A stretch of DNA of 12,055 nt from Bdellovibrionota bacterium FG-2 (GCA_051382305.1 JBBCAV010000081.1:1-12055); one strand, 5' to 3'. Shown: positions 1 to 8,235, counted from the first letter of the stretch. The notes: generated by a model not told the origin, from the sequence alone. Made by a program: numbers and translations.

Positions 1-1
1 A

Positions 2-103
2 AACATCTCAGTGAATCAGGAGCTTGAAAACCTTTATTTCAGGGTTTTTCGAGCTTTTTACCACTCTTTCTCTGACAAAACTTCCTTCTGCGAAGAGATT
101 TAA
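2..103 (+). CDS. Possible 3' end of a convergent gene entering from the left edge (partial, unknown product)
   Basis: The frame from base 2 is open to TAA at 101-103 (NISVNQELENLYFRVFRAFYHSFSDKTSFCEEI*) and ends 12 nt before the oppC stop. No recognisable motif. Confidence 0.35.
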   Translation, partial: NISVNQELENLYFRVFRAFYHSFSDKTSFCEEI

Positions 104-115
104 GCCAACTACGCT

Positions 116-946
116 TCATCCGACTGATTGATCCCGCGGATCCAAGTGATCTCGCAGAATATCCCCCAACGAGTTAAACGCGAGCATCGTTATAAAGAGC
201 ACAATGCTTGGAAAAATCATGAGATGTGGGAAACTGTGCATCGCACGAAACCCTTCATTAGCGAGCGTGCCCCAGCTCGAAAGGGGCGGCTGAAGACCCA
301 AGCCGATAAAAGACAAAAAACTCTCAGCCATAATATTGGCAGGAATTTGCACCGAGAGCGACACAATGATCGGACCCCAAAGATTCGGCAGAATGTGCTT
401 GAGGATAATTCGCTGTGTGGGGACACCCAGCGCCCGGGCGGCTTCGACATACGGCATTTCACGGGCCTGCAAAACTTGGCCTCTGACCAATCGGGCTTGG
501 GTAACCCAAGCGGTCATGCCGAGGGCTAAGAAAATGCCTAAAAATCCTCGGCCCAAAAGCAAAGTGAGTAAAATCGCAAGCAGTAGCGCGGGAAAAATAT
601 AAAAAAGATCCACGACTCGCATGAGAAGTGAATCGATCTTCCCGCCTTTGTAACCGGCAAACGTTCCGACTGCGGTGCCTAAAACGAGAGCGAAGAGGGC
701 AGTGCCCCCCCCCACTGCCAGAGACATCTGCGCACCATAGATTAGTCGACTCAATAAATCGCGGCCCAATGAATCTGTGCCCATCCAGTGATGGAGGGAC
801 GGGGTTTCAAGACGAGCCATGATGTCTTGGGTTTCATACGAATACGGTGCAACCCAAGGCGCAAGTATCGCAAGAATCGTTACGAGGGCCAAAAACCCAA
901 GCGAAAATCCTACCCACCATTTGGTAATGCGCTGTACCCGCATCAT
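116..946 (-). CDS. oppC: Oligopeptide/dipeptide ABC transporter permease, OppC/DppC family
   Basis: HWMGTDSLGRDLLSRLIYGA motif, EAA loop (YVEAARALG), HILPN, ESFLSFIGLG-QPP-SWG and several TM segments. 4-bp overlap with oppB. Confidence 0.93.
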   Translation of the reverse strand: MMRVQRITKWWVGFSLGFLALVTILAILAPWVAPYSYETQDIMARLETPSLHHWMGTDSLGRDLLSRLIYGAQMSLAVGGGTALFALVLGTAVGTFAGYKGGKIDSLLMRVVDLFYIFPALLLAILLTLLLGRGFLGIFLALGMTAWVTQARLVRGQVLQAREMPYVEAARALGVPTQRIILKHILPNLWGPIIVSLSVQIPANIMAESFLSFIGLGLQPPLSSWGTLANEGFRAMHSFPHLMIFPSIVLFITMLAFNSLGDILRDHLDPRDQSVG

Positions 947-1857
947 AAACGAATCCTTGGGTCAATCCAGGTGTAAGCCAGATCGACGAGGAGGTTGCAC
1001 AGGAGAAGGACGACTCCGTAGACGAGTGTGACTCCCATCACGAGCGGGTAATCACGATTGAGGACCGCTTGAACAAAGTGCTTACCCATTCCGGGAAGTT
1101 GAAAAACAATCTCGACTAAAAAAGAGCCGGTCACGAGATTGGCCGCGATTGGACCCAATACCGTGATCACCGGGATAAAGCTGTTTTTAAGGGCGTGTTT
1201 AAATAGAATAGTTCGTGATGAGAGGCCCTTGCCGCGGGCCGTTCGAATGTAGTCCTCACTTAAAACTTCAATCATCGATGCGCGCGTGAGTCGGGCAATC
1301 AAAGAAACGGGTCGAATCCCGAGCGTGAGCACGGGTAAAATCAGGGAGCTGGGCCCATCCCAAAGTGCAGGCGGGAGCCACTCGAGGTGGTAGGAAAAAA
1401 CAAAAACCAAAACTCCAGCCACTAAGAAGCTTGGAAGACTCACGCCCGCGTTTGAAACGAACATCGCCAGCTGATCAAAGGCGGAGTTTTGTTTCCATGC
1501 CGCGACTGCGCCGAGCGGAACGCCAAAAAGAATGGACAGAATCAGCGCGAGTACACCCAAAATCAGCGTATAAGGCAACGAGGCCAGGATCAATTCGGAG
1601 ACGGATTGGCCGAGGTATTGAAAAGATTCGCCCAGATCGCCCGAAACGAGATCTCGGGTCCACATCGCAAATTGCGTTACAACAGGCTGATCCAAGTGAT
1701 AACGCTTTGCGATTGCCGCTTGAATTTCTGGTGGAAACGCGCGCTCCGTATCAAAAGGACCACCCGGAGCAAGGCGTAGAACGAAAAACACCAGCGTGAG
1801 CAGTAGGGCTAGCGTGGGCAGAAGACCCAGGAGCCTCTTTAGGAGATAGGCAAACAT
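943..1857 (-). CDS. oppB: Oligopeptide/dipeptide ABC transporter permease, OppB/DppB family (start moved to ATG at 1857, 304 aa)
   Basis: N-terminus MFAYLLKRLL...RLAPGGPFD, GDLGESF, EAA-like EDYIRTARGKGL, HALKNS, VEIVFQLPGMG, RDYPLV and C-terminal DLAYTWIDPRIR. Confidence 0.93.
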   Translation of the reverse strand: MFAYLLKRLLGLLPTLALLLTLVFFVLRLAPGGPFDTERAFPPEIQAAIAKRYHLDQPVVTQFAMWTRDLVSGDLGESFQYLGQSVSELILASLPYTLILGVLALILSILFGVPLGAVAAWKQNSAFDQLAMFVSNAGVSLPSFLVAGVLVFVFSYHLEWLPPALWDGPSSLILPVLTLGIRPVSLIARLTRASMIEVLSEDYIRTARGKGLSSRTILFKHALKNSFIPVITVLGPIAANLVTGSFLVEIVFQLPGMGKHFVQAVLNRDYPLVMGVTLVYGVVLLLCNLLVDLAYTWIDPRIRL

Positions 1858-2738
1858 CGCTTGGTGATCCCCGCCTCTGGAATTTCGATCCACTGAGCCG
1901 ACTTTGGAAATGAGTTAGGTCTCTTGAGTGTCAAATTCATCTCTTTGAGCCATGCCGTGTAGGCACAAATGAAAGCATCAAAGGCTGGGAGACTGTGTGA
2001 GAGTTTTCGCACGTCTCGCTCGTATATGAAAACGCCATGGTGTTCCATGAAGGCCTCTAAAATCTCCTCGCGGGCATGCGCCCCTTCTTCGAGCCTGCGA
2101 TACTGCGAGAGAAATCTTTTGTCTAGCTTAAGCCCTGGGAACAAAAGAAGCAGCGAGAGTTTCGGCCAAACTTCAACCACTGAGTCCGCTTCGATATGTC
2201 GTAAAAGAAAGTCCATGCGAGCCGTGAGCGGCGCTTTATTGCCTCCGAGAGTTTCGTCAATTTCAAATCGGGAAGAAGGGGGAAGACCATCAAGAATTTT
2301 ATTACGCACCCAAAGTTCAATCGGGCGTTGCGTATAGGGCGTAAATTCCCGGTCCATTTTCTTAGAGTGAGTCCGCATCCATTTTACGCATTCCACCCGG
2401 CATTTCTGCGGCATCGGGCATGTTTTGAGTTTACAGTGAATGCAGGGCGGAAGGCCCAAGGGCACATTTACGCCAATGTGAAACTCTTCTTTTGATGATG
2501 GCTTGATCTCTGAGATGAGTTCAAGCAACGCTTCGTCTCCACTCTGGCCACTCTGGCCACTCTGGCCACTTTGGCCACTTTGGCCACTTTGGCCACTTTG
2601 ACTTTTGCGGGGAAGAACTTTTTCAAAGACCTCGAGCAAGAAAATCTTTTTTTCTTTCTTGTAGTACTCCAGAACCGCGACGGCCGTTTTGTGATTCTTG
2701 GCCCCGGCAAGCTCGAGGCCGAGGGTGCGGCTACGCAT
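1839..2738 (-). CDS. DUF429-like predicted RNase H-fold protein with Cys-rich insert (start moved to ATG at 2738)
   Basis: N-terminal beta-strand motif TLGLELAG..KTAVAVL, GVNVPLGLP, VVEVWP and FDAFICAYTA match the DUF429 pattern (GxDL, DAPL, ExxP, DAxxxA). Contains CIHCKLKTCPMPQKCRVEC. 8-bp overlap with the upstream kinase gene. Confidence 0.6.
   Translation of the reverse strand: MRSRTLGLELAGAKNHKTAVAVLEYYKKEKKIFLLEVFEKVLPRKSQSGQSGQSGQSGQSGQSGQSGDEALLELISEIKPSSKEEFHIGVNVPLGLPPCIHCKLKTCPMPQKCRVECVKWMRTHSKKMDREFTPYTQRPIELWVRNKILDGLPPSSRFEIDETLGGNKAPLTARMDFLLRHIEADSVVEVWPKLSLLLLFPGLKLDKRFLSQYRRLEEGAHAREEILEAFMEHHGVFIYERDVRKLSHSLPAFDAFICAYTAWLKEMNLTLKRPNSFPKSAQWIEIPEAGITKRCLPIS
2539..2601. repeat. 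9-bp tandem repeat, 7 copies, encoding (QSG)7
   Basis: + strand reads 3 x CCACTCTGG, 3 x CCACTTTGG, 1 x CCACTTTGA, in frame within the DUF429-like gene. Confidence 0.97.
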
Positions 2739-3858
2739 GAGAAACCTGAATATCAAGGCCCCGTGAAACCCCGCGAAAGGGAAGGTGCCTCATTCCGAAG
2801 GTTTGAAAATGATTTTTGAACGATTGCGCCAATGATTCTGAAATGGGCTGATCGAGAAAAACAAAAAAACATCCGCCACCGCCTGCCCCACAGATCTTCT
2901 CCGCTAGCGGGTGGATTTTTTGGGCTTCGAGAAACGCGCGGTCCATCTCCGGCGTACTGATTCCTGAAGCCAATGTGCGGCGGGTTTCCCATTCTTCTGC
3001 AATGGCCAAGCGAGCAGCCTCCCAGTTTTGGGCGTCGAGCGCCTGCTCAAGCTTTACGGTCGCGGTCGCAATCTTTGCAAATCGGGTGCGTACGTCAGTG
3101 GAGGCTTTGTTATCGATAAAATCTTTGGTCAGCGTCCAATTATTGATTCCTGAGTTGCGCGATTGGCCCGAGTAAAAAAGCATGAGACGCTTTTCTACTT
3201 CAGAGGCCAGAGCGTCCCCTAGTTTTCGACGCGTGTGATGTCCCGTGCCCCACTTGAGAAGCTGGAGGCCACCGAACATGGCACCGTAGTAGTCTTGCAC
3301 CCCTGCAGGAACTTGGATCACGGTGGTTTCGACATCGCGCGCGATCTTGATCAGCGCTTCGCCCTCTTCTTCAATAGTTGGGGATCGGCCTTTAACCCAC
3401 GCGAAGAGCGCCCCGATGAGCGCGACGGCGAGTGCAGAGGAGCCGCCAAGGCCTGCTCCTGCGGGGCTGAGGGCTCGGGTAGTGAGAGTGAGATTAAATT
3501 TCTTGAGCTTATCTGGATAGCGCGTTTCATATAAAATGAAATGCCTTAAAAGCTTAGTATGAAGACTGAGTGCGGGGATGGGGTCTTTCTCAAAAAGTTC
3601 TGCCCATGTGAGTTCCTCTTCTTTTTGTAGATCCTCGGAGCGGAGGATGATGCGCGGACCTTTGAAATCAGCGGGTGACGGCTGTGAAGTTTCAAGTGTG
3701 ACGGCCGCAAAAAGATCAATACCAAGATTGATCGTCAAAGCTTGCGGAGTCATAAGATAAAGAGGCCAAATGTCGAGTGTGCCCCCGGCAAGATCAATTC
3801 GGGTCGGGGCGCTGGAGCTTATCTTTGAATTTTTCGCCAGATTTTTCTCAGTGACCAT
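2731..3858 (-). CDS. GHMP-family sugar kinase, HddA (heptose-7-phosphate kinase)/fucokinase-like (start moved to ATG at 3858)
   Basis: SAPTRIDLAGGTLD (motif I), PAGAGLGGSSA (ATP loop), GVQDYYGAMFGG and KICGAGGGG (motif III). 11-bp overlap with hpt. Substrate cannot be assigned. Confidence 0.85.
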   Translation of the reverse strand: MVTEKNLAKNSKISSSAPTRIDLAGGTLDIWPLYLMTPQALTINLGIDLFAAVTLETSQPSPADFKGPRIILRSEDLQKEEELTWAELFEKDPIPALSLHTKLLRHFILYETRYPDKLKKFNLTLTTRALSPAGAGLGGSSALAVALIGALFAWVKGRSPTIEEEGEALIKIARDVETTVIQVPAGVQDYYGAMFGGLQLLKWGTGHHTRRKLGDALASEVEKRLMLFYSGQSRNSGINNWTLTKDFIDNKASTDVRTRFAKIATATVKLEQALDAQNWEAARLAIAEEWETRRTLASGISTPEMDRAFLEAQKIHPLAEKICGAGGGGCFFVFLDQPISESLAQSFKNHFQTFGMRHLPFRGVSRGLDIQVSHA

Positions 3859-4396
3859 GCTCGATGTAGCCAATGTAGGGCAGGCCTCGGAACTTGCCGG
3901 AGTAATCAATGCCGTAGCCTACGACAAACTCGCTGCCAATGTCGAACCCGGTGTAATCGAGTCGAACGGGAACTTTGTGAGAGCCGGGCTTATTTAAGAG
4001 CGCACACGTTTTTAGTGAAGCAGGTTGCCGTGTTCTAATGAGGTTGGTGATGTAGTTAAGGGTGAGTCCCGTATCCACAATGTCTTCAAAGACAATGACA
4101 TTACGTCCCTCGAGAGGTTCGTTAATATCCAACGTGACTTTGACCTCGCCAGAAGACACCATGCGATTGCCATAGCTTGCCACGCCTAAGAATTCGCAGG
4201 TGATGGGCAAATCCATTCGACGAATCAGGTCAGAAAAGAAAACAAAACTGCCTTTTAGCACGCAAATCGCGGTGACTTCTTTTCCCTGATAGTCTTGACT
4301 GATCTCATGTCCCAGTTCGGCCAGCCGGGCCTGAATCTTTACTTCGGGGATAAGGATTTTTGGTGTGACGGTGTCTTTCAGTTCAGACGTAGGCAT
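3848..4396 (-). CDS. hpt: Hypoxanthine phosphoribosyltransferase
   Basis: VLKGSFVFFSDL, SYG flexible loop, PRPP motif VFEDIVDTGLTL, FVVGYGIDY and RGLPYIG. Confidence 0.95.
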   Translation of the reverse strand: MPTSELKDTVTPKILIPEVKIQARLAELGHEISQDYQGKEVTAICVLKGSFVFFSDLIRRMDLPITCEFLGVASYGNRMVSSGEVKVTLDINEPLEGRNVIVFEDIVDTGLTLNYITNLIRTRQPASLKTCALLNKPGSHKVPVRLDYTGFDIGSEFVVGYGIDYSGKFRGLPYIGYIEHGH

Positions 4397-5219
4397 TGTT
4401 CATGATCTCCCCAAAGCCCCCTCCGCCGGGGACAATGTATTGTTTATCGTTTAAACCGCGTTCGCGATCCCAATAAGTTCCAGGAACAGACTCCAGAACT
4501 TCGGGCTCCGAAAGCCCCCGATCCAGTCTTAAAGCATAAATAATCAGATCAGGGTGTTTCGCGCGAACTCTCTTAAGATACTCTGGCGTGACGATGCAGT
4601 GAAGTGCAATATGTTTTAGAGCTTTTCCTCTTTTTTTGAAAAGATCCAGTGCCTCCACCAAGGTCGCTCCCGTCGCGCCCATGGGATCTGGGAAAAGAAC
4701 AAGCGCTCCGTCGGTGTCCCCCCCAATTTTATGCCCGGCAACATGGCTTCCGGTGACCTTCTCTTGGTCATCGGTCATGCGTCCAATGCTGACATGATCT
4801 TGGCGCACTTTCTGCGGATTCATAAAATAGTTCAGACTCGTGTAGCAGACATGTGAGGGCAGAGTGCCAGCGCGCGCGAGGTTGACCGACACGACTGGAA
4901 TTTCAGGATCAATCAACGGCCCCTGAAATACCGCTTCAGGATGGTAGGCTGCCATTCGAGTGCGAATCGCCGCGGTTTTCGTAGGGAACTCTTGATTGGC
5001 GACGATCTTTAGCAATGAGGAGTAAAGAGTCGTTACAAGCTCATTGATTACGGGCTGATAAGTGTTTTCGGCGCAGAGTCTTGCCAAGAGTGAGAGCAAG
5101 AATGGATCAGCAAGAATATGGACATTGGGTCCGTAGTGATGGGCCATTTCGGAGAGGCGAAACTGGAGGTTCTTGAATTGTTGATCGGCGTAGGGAAGTC
5201 CAGTTTTGGAATCGGTCAT
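4383..5219 (-). CDS. upp: Uracil phosphoribosyltransferase-like protein (divergent, 278 aa)
   Basis: VNLARAG (cf. PILRAG), PRPP loop [10 protein letters not shown] (cf. DPMLATGGS), KHPDLIIY and [13 protein letters not shown] (cf. LNxxGYIVPGLG). Lies between tdk and hpt. Confidence 0.75.
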   Translation of the reverse strand: MTDSKTGLPYADQQFKNLQFRLSEMAHHYGPNVHILADPFLLSLLARLCAENTYQPVINELVTTLYSSLLKIVANQEFPTKTAAIRTRMAAYHPEAVFQGPLIDPEIPVVSVNLARAGTLPSHVCYTSLNYFMNPQKVRQDHVSIGRMTDDQEKVTGSHVAGHKIGGDTDGALVLFPDPMGATGATLVEALDLFKKRGKALKHIALHCIVTPEYLKRVRAKHPDLIIYALRLDRGLSEPEVLESVPGTYWDRERGLNDKQYIVPGGGGFGEIMNNAYV

Positions 5220-5797
5220 GCAAGCTCCGTAGGATTGGGCTCATGACAAAATCGGCATCTTGCTTCATACATCTCTTTGGCGCCCACGACGACTCGTGTG
5301 GCGTCGGTGCCCAAGGGACCGGCAGTTCTTTGCGTGCGCGTTGCGGGTCCGCCGCAGACCATGCAAACGGCCGAGAGTTTCGTAACTTCTTCGGCGACCG
5401 CGAGGAGCTTGGGCATGGGCCCGAAGGGAATTCCTCTGAAATCCATATCCAAACCCGCCGCAATCACCCGAATTCCGCGATAAGCGAGTTTCTGGGCCAC
5501 TTCGACAATCGCATCATCAAAAAATTGTGCTTCGTCAATCCCGACCACTCGCGTATTGTCGTCGACTCGTTCCAGAATCTCGCGGGCATTTTGAACAGGC
5601 ACGCTAGCCACTTTGTTCGCGTCATGGCTTTGCACGTGATCGGCACTGTAGCGGTTGTCAATTTGCGGTTTGAAAACCTGGACTTTTTGCTTGGCGATTT
5701 GCGCGCGCTTTATGCGCCTAAGCAGTTCCTCGGTTTTGCCGCTGAACATGCTGCCACATACGACCTCAATAAAACCATGAATAGGTCCGTGAATCAT
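5216..5797 (-). CDS. tdk: Thymidine kinase (type II)
   Basis: P-loop [25 protein letters not shown] and zinc site CMVC...YEARCRFC. Purine-rich RBS upstream. Confidence 0.97.
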   Translation of the reverse strand: MIHGPIHGFIEVVCGSMFSGKTEELLRRIKRAQIAKQKVQVFKPQIDNRYSADHVQSHDANKVASVPVQNAREILERVDDNTRVVGIDEAQFFDDAIVEVAQKLAYRGIRVIAAGLDMDFRGIPFGPMPKLLAVAEEVTKLSAVCMVCGGPATRTQRTAGPLGTDATRVVVGAKEMYEARCRFCHEPNPTELA

Positions 5798-5837
5798 TTT
5801 TTCCCCTGCCCTGTATCTTAGGTCATAGCAAAGGACT

Positions 5838-6287
5838 CTATTTTTTGGAATACAGGAGGAACTCTCCTTCTTGGATTATCTTACTCAGTGCGGCTTCGTT
5901 GCCGGTTCGGCAGCCGCTGAGGGTCTCTTTACGCTTGCCAATGCGAAAGGAAACAGTAAAAGGCGAGCGGCAAAAGCTTGCTGGGACGCGTTGAGAAGTG
6001 GTGGAGAATTCTGCAACTTTCTTTAGAAATGCTGTGTATTTGGCTGTATCGATTCTTGAGTCCTGCAGCTTCTCTCTTTCCATGAATGTTTGTCCTGTTG
6101 CGACATTCTCTTGGGATGCGGCGCAGAATTTGTAGCGATTATGGCCGAGAACGTAGCTGATTTCGATACTGCTATCTGCTTCTTCAGGGGTCGGCATCTT
6201 TTCGTTGGGCTTTGATTTTGAGGAGGCACAGCCCGTCAAAAGGGAGAGCGCGAGTAAGGGGGCGAGCAGGTGACCTGTGAATTTCAT
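5838..6287 (-). CDS. Hypothetical lipoprotein (start moved to ATG at 6287, 149 aa)
   Basis: [20 protein letters not shown] signal peptide with lipobox. Its ATG overlaps the upstream TGA (ATGA, 6284-6287). Confidence 0.8.
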   Translation of the reverse strand: MKFTGHLLAPLLALSLLTGCASSKSKPNEKMPTPEEADSSIEISYVLGHNRYKFCAASQENVATGQTFMEREKLQDSRIDTAKYTAFLKKVAEFSTTSQRVPASFCRSPFTVSFRIGKRKETLSGCRTGNEAALSKIIQEGEFLLYSKK

Positions 6288-7423
6288 TTTTTCGACTCCA
6301 TGAAGTTGCAATATTGGGGGCTGTTCTCGAAAGCAGGGCAGCTGAGAATAGTTCTAATTTCGGGGTTGTTACCAAAAATTTTTTCGATTCTTACCTTGGG
6401 GGACGGGTGAAATTCTAGCGCAAGCTCGTTTAACGTGTCTTCTTGTTCACAAAGATCTCGAACAGAGTTCATTGCGGCTGCCTGGATCAAAGGCTTGTGA
6501 AATTCTGTGGCGTACTCTTTGAGGGCTACTGCGGTGATTTGGACGGCCAACCAATCGGCGAAAGTCTCTGAAAGCTGATCGTTCTCTCCGCACTCCGTTC
6601 GGCTCTTTTGATGTCCGACCAAACCTTGTTTGAGAAAACAGGCGGACAGGTTCTTGTAAGAAGCTGGCACTGAGTTCAGTTCGCGAAGTTCGCAAGGATC
6701 AATGGAGTGCCCGAGTTCGTGCGCGAGAGTAAAGACGAGGTTGAACCAAGACTTGATCGACATGACAAAAGCGCCCCCCACTCTGAGCTTGAGCGAGCCG
6801 TCTTGGGAGCGCTGATAAAATACGTCGTTTTTTGTGAATAAATCGGGCTGGTCGCTGTAGACGGCAGCAGGAGGTGGTAGTTCCAGGCGGACGGAGTTGA
6901 TTCGGCTGATGAGTAGGCGCTTTTCTTTTTTCGAAAAGACACTGCTAGGTTGAGCGCGAATCAGTTTTTCGATTGCGGCGCGCACGAAACGAAACGCTGT
7001 TCGGATGCGGCCCACACGCTTCGGGGTGTAAATGATTTGGGTGAGCTCCTCATCCACCTGTTCACTGGTCCATTCGGGATGTTCGTGAATGATCTCCTCG
7101 ACAATACGCAGGGCTTGGACTTCACCTTCGACGTCACTGTGGACGGCCCCCGTTGGGTCGTTGTGCAAAGTCGTGCGCAAGCAAATCGCGCGGTAGGGAT
7201 CAGAGCACATGAGTGGGTACTCAAAAGTCGAACTCGGTTTTCGATCGTTTTTTGCCTTCAACGGGATAGTGACCGTCGCATGAGACGGGGATTGGGCGGT
7301 GAGGTCGGGTTGAGGGGCGTTTTTGAAGTACAAATAAAACCCCAGACCTACGACGGCGCTCGCACTAATTCCTCCGGCTGCACCAATAATGAGGTAGCGA
7401 AGTCTCACGTCTGTAATTGTCAC
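6284..7423 (-). CDS. Membrane-anchored zinc metallopeptidase, gluzincin/M13 (neprilysin)-like
   Basis: N-terminal TM helix, CSDPYRAIC (cf. M13 PCxDFYxxAC), HELGH (HExxH), ETFAD (ExxAD third ligand) and HPSPKVR (cf. HxPxxxR). GTG start. Confidence 0.72.
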   Translation of the reverse strand: MTITDVRLRYLIIGAAGGISASAVVGLGFYLYFKNAPQPDLTAQSPSHATVTIPLKAKNDRKPSSTFEYPLMCSDPYRAICLRTTLHNDPTGAVHSDVEGEVQALRIVEEIIHEHPEWTSEQVDEELTQIIYTPKRVGRIRTAFRFVRAAIEKLIRAQPSSVFSKKEKRLLISRINSVRLELPPPAAVYSDQPDLFTKNDVFYQRSQDGSLKLRVGGAFVMSIKSWFNLVFTLAHELGHSIDPCELRELNSVPASYKNLSACFLKQGLVGHQKSRTECGENDQLSETFADWLAVQITAVALKEYATEFHKPLIQAAAMNSVRDLCEQEDTLNELALEFHPSPKVRIEKIFGNNPEIRTILSCPAFENSPQYCNFMESKK

Positions 7424-7522
7424 AAGAAATGGCGGGTTTGGGAAGCGGGCAAGGTTTGCCGGTCGTACCCTAGTTCGATATTGGGCCAGTGTTAAGTTTT
7501 GGGTAACTTAGTGGTTAAGGTG

Positions 7523-7564
7523 TTGCACTTTGTTATTTGGTTTTGTTACTATTGTAGTAATAAA
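7523..7564 (+). promoter_or_regulatory. Putative sigma70 promoter of abiE with overlapping inverted-repeat operator
   Basis: TTGCAC (7523-7528), 18-nt spacer, extended -10 TGtTACTAT (7544-7552). Inverted repeat TTTGTTACTA-ttg-TAGTAATAAA (7542-7564, 1 mismatch). Confidence 0.6.
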
Positions 7565-7566
7565 TT

Positions 7567-8235
7567 ATGCTTAAAAAGGGCGCAGACACTGATTTGGCTA
7601 TTCTTGAGAAGCTCCCCCCTATGGTGGATTTGCGGCTCCTTGTGGATCAGTTTGGGCACTATAAGCAGCCCCGCAAGAAAGTCTTCGATCTGGCGCAGAA
7701 AAACTATCTCGAACTTGTGTGTCGCGGCCATTATCTAAACTTAAAGGCTCGAGACTTCAAAGTGAGTCCTCCAGAAGGAATCGCGAATGCGCTCTATTTT
7801 CCCTCTTACGTTTCTGCAGAGTGGGCGCTTCAGCATTATGGTTTGCTCACTGATCGCGTTTATACCATCACTTCGGTCACGCCTCGAAAATCGGTTTCAT
7901 TCAAAACCTCGCTTGGTGTCTTCGAATTCTGTCATCTGCATAAACATCGTTATTCTTTTGGCTATGAAGTCGATTCTCATAGTGGTTTCTTGATGGCTCG
8001 TCCGGAGAAGGCTTTGCTCGATTATCTCAAGCTTCGCGATCATGACATGACTTGGCGGACGAGTCGCGAAATGGAAGAGTATTTAGAGGGAAACGTAAGG
8101 CTTCATCTTTCAGACTTTTTCGATCAAGTCTCGGCTGATAACCTTCGGGAGATGCTCCCACATTATCACCGTAACTCCGTTGAGGCGCGAATCATCAAGT
8201 GGTGGCTAGTAAAAAAGGAAATAGATCATGGCTAG
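7567..8235 (+). CDS. abiEi: Type IV toxin-antitoxin antitoxin, AbiEi family (transcriptional regulator)
   Basis: Wing-like motif LELVCRGHY, PSYVSAEWALQHYGLL, ITSVT and MARPEKALLDYL. Overlaps the AbiEii gene by 8 bp. Confidence 0.85.
   Translation: MLKKGADTDLAILEKLPPMVDLRLLVDQFGHYKQPRKKVFDLAQKNYLELVCRGHYLNLKARDFKVSPPEGIANALYFPSYVSAEWALQHYGLLTDRVYTITSVTPRKSVSFKTSLGVFEFCHLHKHRYSFGYEVDSHSGFLMARPEKALLDYLKLRDHDMTWRTSREMEEYLEGNVRLHLSDFFDQVSADNLREMLPHYHRNSVEARIIKWWLVKKEIDHG

Noticed and set aside
26..43. ENLYFR resembles the TEV protease site ENLYFQ
   Set aside because: Imperfect match with no vector or tag context. Coincidence.
2539..2601. Repeat considered as a CRISPR array
   Set aside because: Contiguous 9-bp units with no spacers, inside a CDS, and no cas genes.
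2468..2819. ORFs with (VAK/VAR)n or (ATL)n repeats
   Set aside because: These are other reading frames of the same 9-bp repeat.
3859..3909. Longer N-termini in the ORF track (GHMP from 3909, also 1893, 2756 and 6311 for other genes)
   Set aside because: They run deeper into upstream genes. Downstream ATGs give short overlaps and family-typical N-termini.
128..7495. Many alternative-frame and antisense ORFs (e.g. 128-529, 1365-1799, 5243-5821, 6950-7495)
   Set aside because: They overlap well-supported genes and show no motifs. They are shadow ORFs.
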